IMG/VR virus record: IMGVR_UViG_3300044770_000005
Span: 1 to 29,930 of that record
DNA from: a virus
Taxonomy: Duplodnaviria; Caudoviricetes
Reading direction: 5' to 3' (one strand)
Length of the DNA: 29,930 nucleotides
In this document: one piece after another, positions 25,044 to 29,930 of the stretch
Layout: every line of letters begins with the position of its first letter
How positions within the stretch are numbered: the stretch's first letter is position 1
Notes under the pieces: generated by a model
The model's input: the letters and a program-made list of their open reading frames with translations, nothing else
Told to the model about the DNA's origin: nothing
Databases searched by the model: none
Made by a program: the position numbers and the translations under genes

Positions 25044-25445
25044 CTAACTCTTGCGTTCCACCCACGTCCCGCTCGTGACACTCACGAGGGCGCCCGCTTG
25101 GATGGTGGTGGTATCGACGTTGAGATCGCAGTCGGATGTCCCGACCGAGCCATCCGCAATCACGGCCCCGGTGCTGCGGACGAACCGGCACCACGTGGCG
25201 TCGCCATTCGCCAGACCGGGACCCGGCGCGATCGCATTCGCGAGGGCCGCGCCATTCGACGCCGCCGTAAACGCGGGGCTGCCGAAGCTGACCTGTGCGA
25301 GCTTGGTTTGTGTCGTGATGGCTGTGTCACACGTCGCCGGTTGAGCGCCGTCGTAAATCAGAATCTTGCCGCCAGCGAGCAGGCCGCAAATCGCATCGCA
25401 GGACGTCGAGGCCGCCAGATTCGAGATGTTGAAGGTCGAGGCCAC
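25044..25445 (-). CDS. Putative virion structural protein (133 aa)
   Basis: GGKILIYDGAQPAT.DTA, G.ATW.RF and DGSVGTS..DL....TTI.AG..VSVTS pattern seen in phage structural clusters. Starts 1 nt after the portal stop. Confidence 0.75.
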   Translation of the reverse strand: MASTFNISNLAASTSCDAICGLLAGGKILIYDGAQPATCDTAITTQTKLAQVSFGSPAFTAASNGAALANAIAPGPGLANGDATWCRFVRSTGAVIADGSVGTSDCDLNVDTTTIQAGALVSVTSGTWVERKS

Positions 25446-25446
25446 G

Positions 25447-27780
25447 CTACATCACCGTGCTTTCTTCCACGATGCCCGTCGCCCGGCCATCCTCGCCCCG
25501 CTGGATCGTCTTTGTCTTCTTCGTCGCGCCCGCCAACTGCCGATCCTTGGCTTTCTCTTCCGCCTCATGCCCACGCTGCTGCGCCGACTGTTCGGCCGCG
25601 GAGCCCAACCGCATCACTTCGATCGTGCGTTCGTGCTCGGCCGCCACCATCGCCTGTGCGGCTTGCGCGTCGATTGTCGCCTGCAGTTTCGCGAGTTCGG
25701 TTTGCGCCTGCAACGCGGCGATGCGCTCTTTCGACTCGATCTCGGCCTGCTTGTCGCGGGAGGCGGCGGCCGCATCGAGTTCCGCTTTCTTCAGATCGGC
25801 CTCGACCTTCATCGCCGTCTGCTGCTGCGCGGCCTGGGCCTTCACCTGATCAGTCTCGATCGCTTTCACCGCTTCTTGGAGCTGCGCCTGCAGCGCCGGG
25901 ATCTGCGCGAGTTGCGCCTGCACTTCCGGAGGGATCGGTGCGGCGCCCTGCTTCTGGGCTTCCTGCTGCGCGAGCAGCGCCTGCACCGGGGGCGCGAGCA
26001 TCACGCGGTACCGCTCGGCCATCTCGTTATTGAGCGGCCCATCGGTGTTCTTCATGAACAGATCGCCAATCACGGCCATCTGCGTGGGATCGGCCGCGAT
26101 AATTTCGCCGGTGATCGTCGCCGCATGCTCCCGTCGCGTGTCGTAGGACTTTGAGACCTTAATGGCGACGTTGAACCGGGCATTCTCGGTGAGCGTGTAC
26201 TGCTTGCCTACTGGCGGCTGGCCCGCTTGCGCCATCTGCCCAATCGTCACCGTCTCGCCTTCGTTCTCCCCGTTCACGATGCGCGCGAGCCGTCCCGGCC
26301 GCTTGCCGTACACCGGGTACAGTAAGTCGTTGACGATCGTGCCTTCGTAGCGCATCGAGCGCGTCAGGCTGTCGAGATAGTTACTGGTCCCCTGCTCGGC
26401 TTGCTGCAACAGCGCCTTGATAGCCCGCCCTGACTTGATCGTGGGATCGATCTCGCCGAGCGTCGCTGACGGCACATTCGTGCTGACCTTGATGGCCTCG
26501 CCAAAAATCTGCATGCCGAGCGCCAACGGCTGCACCGGCGTCTCGTTCGGCACCGGCATCGGCGGATTGGCCTGCTGGCCTTCGAGGTTCGTCCGCTTGT
26601 ACCGCACGTAGGGCAGCGTCCGCGTGTTGCGCGCCGCCCATTCGTCCTCGTGCCCCTCTTCTTGCCCTTCCTCGAGCATGACCGTCGGAATCGACGACAA
26701 GCCGACGACTTCGACAAACTTCGAGACGGTGAAGTTGTTGGCCTGGACGCTCTCTTTCGCCGGCCGGACGATGCCCTGCGATCGGCGCTGATTGTCGAAC
26801 GGCTGCACTTCCTCGCCGAGGACTTTGATGACCGGGATGTGCCGCCCGGGCCAGTCGGTCTCTTCGAGGATTTGGATGCCGTCGATCTTGGCCCACTTGA
26901 TCGCCTTGGTTTCTTCAGGCCGCGTATCGACGACTTCCGCACCCGCGGGCAATTCATCCGCCCACGCCGCCGATCCATCCGCCAATAACGCCAGCTCACG
27001 GACGGTGCGCTCGGTGTAGAAGTACTCCACCACAAAGCAGCCGCGCGTCTCGCCATCGTCGGTGAACCACTCGGGGTAATGCTGCGTGTCGGCTTCGAAC
27101 TCCGCGTCACTCCCGACGGGATTGTCCGCGTCATCGAGCGCCTTCGGAAACTTCGCGCGATACTCGGCGAGCGGCATCCATGACGTGATCATCGCCCACT
27201 CAGCATCTGACCCGTCGGGCTGCTCGTGCGCGGGGTCGAGCTTCACCTGCGCCTGGTTGTAGAACCGCCGCAGGACCACTTCCTGATCCCACGTCTTGCC
27301 GGGCACGTAGCGGGTCATGACGCCGTAGTAGCCGCGGCCACACTTCACGGCGCGATCGAAGGCCCACGAGCGCGCGTCTTGCGCTTCAGACTCGCGTTGG
27401 ATACGCCGGACTAGCCCTTCACGGAGTTTGATTTCGTCGTCCGGGATGGGCGCGCCGAGCTCGCCGAAGTCATCCGCGGCGACCACTTCCACGCCGAAGT
27501 CCATCGCGCGCTCTTGATTAACGACGCTGCGAATCGGGCCTGACAGGGTGTCGATGCTGATGCACGGCCGCGGCGGGACGGTCATCGGCACGCCCGAGGG
27601 GCTGGTCATGCCCGAGATGATTTGCTGGCCTTCGCGTGCGGCACGAATCGCCCCCGGCCACGGGTCCACGAGGAAACTCAGATCGTCTTTCTCGCGCTTG
27701 TCCTGATCGGCGTCCGCCTGCTTGACCTGCGCCCAGCGATCGCGGGCCAGTTGGAGGAAGGCTTTTAGGTCTTTGGCCAT
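25447..27780 (-). CDS. Portal protein, P22 gp1-like, with long C-terminal coiled-coil barrel
   Basis: RPCISID, AFDRAVKCGRGYY, DGSDAEW, WPGRHIPVI.V.GEE, GIVRPAKE.Q and SGRAIKA. Gln/Ala-rich tail. TGATG coupling at 27780. Confidence 0.92.
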   Translation of the reverse strand: MAKDLKAFLQLARDRWAQVKQADADQDKREKDDLSFLVDPWPGAIRAAREGQQIISGMTSPSGVPMTVPPRPCISIDTLSGPIRSVVNQERAMDFGVEVVAADDFGELGAPIPDDEIKLREGLVRRIQRESEAQDARSWAFDRAVKCGRGYYGVMTRYVPGKTWDQEVVLRRFYNQAQVKLDPAHEQPDGSDAEWAMITSWMPLAEYRAKFPKALDDADNPVGSDAEFEADTQHYPEWFTDDGETRGCFVVEYFYTERTVRELALLADGSAAWADELPAGAEVVDTRPEETKAIKWAKIDGIQILEETDWPGRHIPVIKVLGEEVQPFDNQRRSQGIVRPAKESVQANNFTVSKFVEVVGLSSIPTVMLEEGQEEGHEDEWAARNTRTLPYVRYKRTNLEGQQANPPMPVPNETPVQPLALGMQIFGEAIKVSTNVPSATLGEIDPTIKSGRAIKALLQQAEQGTSNYLDSLTRSMRYEGTIVNDLLYPVYGKRPGRLARIVNGENEGETVTIGQMAQAGQPPVGKQYTLTENARFNVAIKVSKSYDTRREHAATITGEIIAADPTQMAVIGDLFMKNTDGPLNNEMAERYRVMLAPPVQALLAQQEAQKQGAAPIPPEVQAQLAQIPALQAQLQEAVKAIETDQVKAQAAQQQTAMKVEADLKKAELDAAAASRDKQAEIESKERIAALQAQTELAKLQATIDAQAAQAMVAAEHERTIEVMRLGSAAEQSAQQRGHEAEEKAKDRQLAGATKKTKTIQRGEDGRATGIVEESTVM

Positions 27781-28037
27781 CACTGCACCCCGTCCCGCGC
27801 CAACACGGGCTGTTGTTGCGGCTTCTGGCCATCGAAGGACGCGATGCGGATGACGTGCGCCTCGGCAATCGTCTTGAGGCCCCGATACGTGCCGTTGCGG
27901 CACTCGGAGGCCAGCGTCACGCCGTCCATAGTGGCCTCGACGAGGTAGCCCACGCTTAGGATGGGCTGTCTGAGCCCAATGGCACCGTTATGCCACTCCA
28001 CGACCGCAATCGCCTTGGTCGGAGTCAGGCGCAACAC
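27780..28037 (-). CDS. Small hypothetical phage protein
   Basis: VVEWH...SVGYLVE....VTLASE. Stop overlaps the portal ATG. Start uncertain. Confidence 0.6.
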   Translation of the reverse strand: MLRLTPTKAIAVVEWHNGAIGLRQPILSVGYLVEATMDGVTLASECRNGTYRGLKTIAEAHVIRIASFDGQKPQQQPVLARDGVQ

Positions 28038-28057
28038 GATGGATTGTGGTGTCGGGT

Positions 28058-28097
28058 CATTGACGCGCTAGTGTCAAAATCTAGCACGCCTGTCAAT
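28058..28097 (-). promoter_or_regulatory. Candidate promoter/operator upstream of the head genes
   Basis: Two TTGACA hexamers on the minus strand (28096-28091, 28077-28072), an opposing TTGACG (28060-28065) and two CTAG in inverted arrangement. No good -10 box. Confidence 0.35.
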
Positions 28098-28112
28098 AGG
28101 CTGACGGAGACA

Positions 28113-29399
28113 TTACGAGGCGTACCCCATGTTGCCGCCGTCAGTCTGCGCCCGATACGGGCGACTCGACGTGCGCGGCGCCGGCGGCTTCTGCCTGACC
28201 GCCAGCCCGCGAAACGCATCCGACCCGTGGGACGCGAAGTCATGCACCGGGCGATCCGTGAACTCCTGAATCCGCGTGTTGTAGTCGCGCCGATAATGCT
28301 GCAGCGCCTCGAGCCCGGCCTGGCACTTCGTCTCGTCGAACCAGCACCGACCCATGAGCATCCGGACCGCATGGATACCCTCCTCGATGCCCAGCTTCGG
28401 CACGACGCGAAACTTGATGCCGAGCGATTGCGCCGTCTCGAGCCGGGAGCGGCCGGAGCCCAGTTCCTTGACCGCGATGTCATGCGGCGCCCAGTGCTCG
28501 CCGTAGACGTAGCCCCGCTTGGCCAGCACGTTCGCGTAGTACGGCAAGCCCTCGCCTTGCGCCTCGTGGTAGTCGATGAGGCGGATTTCGCCGGACCGGA
28601 GGGACTGGCTGAACCAGATGGCCGTGGAATCCCCGATGCCGAGATCCCAATCGGTATCGACGGGGATGGTCGGGTCATGCGGCACCAGGCGCACGCGGCC
28701 CTCACTTCTGGCCTTGTCCAGTTCCTTCGCGTAGATGGCGCCCTTGACGGCCGCCGAGAAGCTGCACTCCCATTCCTGCTGGTACTCGTCGTCGGTCATG
28801 ACCGCGCGTGACGCGAGCAGTTCATGCGGCGGAATAATGCCGGTTTCGCTGGCCTTGTAGCAGCCATAGAACCATCCGGGCTCTCGGCGCGCGTGTTCGA
28901 TGATTTCGTAGAACTGATTGCGGCCATTCGGCGTGCCAAGGAACAGCGCCCAGCCTTCCCGGTCAGACAGCGCCGGCCGGAGCACGCTGGAGAACAGGTC
29001 CGACTGGTGCAGGCCGTACTCATCCGGCACCACGCCATCGAGATACAGCCCGCGCAAGGCATCGGGTGAGTCACCACCGTAGAGGCGCACTTGACCGCCA
29101 TTCGGGTAGTCCGCCCGAAGCTCGGATTCGTTGAACTGCACGCCCGGAATTGGCCGGCTGTAGTACTTCAAATAATCCCAGGCGATGGCTTTCGAGGCGC
29201 GATACGTCGGGCCGATGTAGGCGAAACGAGGTCGGAGGCGCTTGCACGTGAGGGCGGCACGAATCAGGTGGTTGATCGCGAGGACGGTCTTGCCGAAGCG
29301 CCGGTGACAGACCATCGCGCCCCACCGGTGCTTCAGCATAGCGTCATGCACGACGGCTTGGAGCGTCCTGGGCGCATAGTCCAATTCGATTACAGGCAT
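28113..29399 (-). CDS. terL: Terminase large subunit
   Basis: Walker A HRRFGKT, Walker B LRGLYLDGVVPDE, coupling motif GTPNGRN, nuclease WDLGIGDSTAIW and SHGSDAFR. RBS GGGAG. Confidence 0.96.
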   Translation of the reverse strand: MPVIELDYAPRTLQAVVHDAMLKHRWGAMVCHRRFGKTVLAINHLIRAALTCKRLRPRFAYIGPTYRASKAIAWDYLKYYSRPIPGVQFNESELRADYPNGGQVRLYGGDSPDALRGLYLDGVVPDEYGLHQSDLFSSVLRPALSDREGWALFLGTPNGRNQFYEIIEHARREPGWFYGCYKASETGIIPPHELLASRAVMTDDEYQQEWECSFSAAVKGAIYAKELDKARSEGRVRLVPHDPTIPVDTDWDLGIGDSTAIWFSQSLRSGEIRLIDYHEAQGEGLPYYANVLAKRGYVYGEHWAPHDIAVKELGSGRSRLETAQSLGIKFRVVPKLGIEEGIHAVRMLMGRCWFDETKCQAGLEALQHYRRDYNTRIQEFTDRPVHDFASHGSDAFRGLAVRQKPPAPRTSSRPYRAQTDGGNMGYAS

Positions 29400-29458
29400 C
29401 GCTCCCGACCAGGTAGAAATTGGCCGCGCCGATTACCAAGCACGTACGGCCCAGCGCG

Positions 29459-29848
29459 TCACTTCGGCGTCTTCCAACTAATTTCAAGTGAGCCGGTGAC
29501 CATCTGCTCCACCGATTCTGTCGGCTTGTCGAGCGCGCGATCGAGCAGGTCTTTCGATGCCGCCGTGTTCGGGTCTTTCGTGTCAATCCAGAAGGCGTTC
29601 GGGTTGCCGCTGTTCAGCGCCTGCTCGATCTCGTCTTCGTCGGTGATGCGCTTAAACTGGCCATGCTCGTCGCGGAGGAAGAAATGGGCGAGCCCGATGG
29701 CGGCACGTATCTGGGCGGCGACGATGGCGTCCTGCGCGGCGAAGACTTGTTGGCGCAGGTGCTCCCGCTGCAAGTCCTTGATGAGCGTGTGCGGACGCTT
29801 GCTGCCCTTCTTCGGGCCACTGTTGGGGCGAGCGCCACCGCGCGGCAT
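29459..29848 (-). CDS. terS: Terminase small subunit
   Basis: MPRGGARPNSGPKKGSK N-terminus and LLDRALDKP..SVE C-terminus. Directly upstream of terL. Confidence 0.75.
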   Translation of the reverse strand: MPRGGARPNSGPKKGSKRPHTLIKDLQREHLRQQVFAAQDAIVAAQIRAAIGLAHFFLRDEHGQFKRITDEDEIEQALNSGNPNAFWIDTKDPNTAASKDLLDRALDKPTESVEQMVTGSLEISWKTPK

Positions 29849-29930
29849 TGAATTTCAGTTCTAACGTTCAAGGCGAAAAGTAACACATAGAGCGGCACCC
29901 TGCACGGCACACTGTCACAAACTTGGCGAT

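Larger units (their letters stand above)
1..29930. mobile_element. Segment of a P22-like (podovirus-type) tailed phage or prophage genome
   Basis: Gene order terS-terL-portal-scaffold-coat-gp4-gp10-GNAT-gp7-ejection proteins-lysis on the minus strand, with phage MTase, DUF2303 and initiator genes on the plus strand. No host genes and no tape-measure or sheath gene seen. Confidence 0.95.

Noticed and set aside
13140-27745. Frequent GCGATCGC/CGATCG (HIP1-like) sites
   Set aside because: Plausibly explained by GCG-ATC-GCN (Ala-Ile-Ala) codon usage in Ala-rich genes. Real enrichment would need a codon-aware statistical test that I cannot run.

Overview
This window is about 30 kb of a high-GC (roughly 65%) tailed phage or prophage with a P22-like podovirus gene set. 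The plus strand (1-3428) carries an early/replication module: a C5-cytosine methyltransferase with a probable second subunit overprinted in another frame, a winged-helix protein, a YfdP/YfdQ (DUF2303)-like pair, a long structured leader, and a replication initiator with an internal iteron/A-rich origin candidate. The minus strand (29848 to 3595) is one tightly coupled late operon: terS, terL, portal, a seven-gene block of Thr/Ala/Gly/Ser-rich proteins inserted between portal and scaffold, scaffold, coat, a duplicated pair of probable decoration genes, gp4-like adaptor, tail fibre, gp10-like hub, a beta-helix spike in the tail-needle position, a GNAT protein, three ejection proteins, and an unusual lysis/accessory end (Tlde1/DUF2778-like peptidoglycan enzyme, two small membrane proteins, a Tat-signal peptide, an exported protein, a mini J-domain/Zn-finger protein). 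I saw no rRNA, tRNA, CRISPR array, integrase or reverse transcriptase. Family calls come from motif recognition and synteny by eye, not database searches. Several starts were moved from the ORF track to match RBSs and stop/start overlaps.
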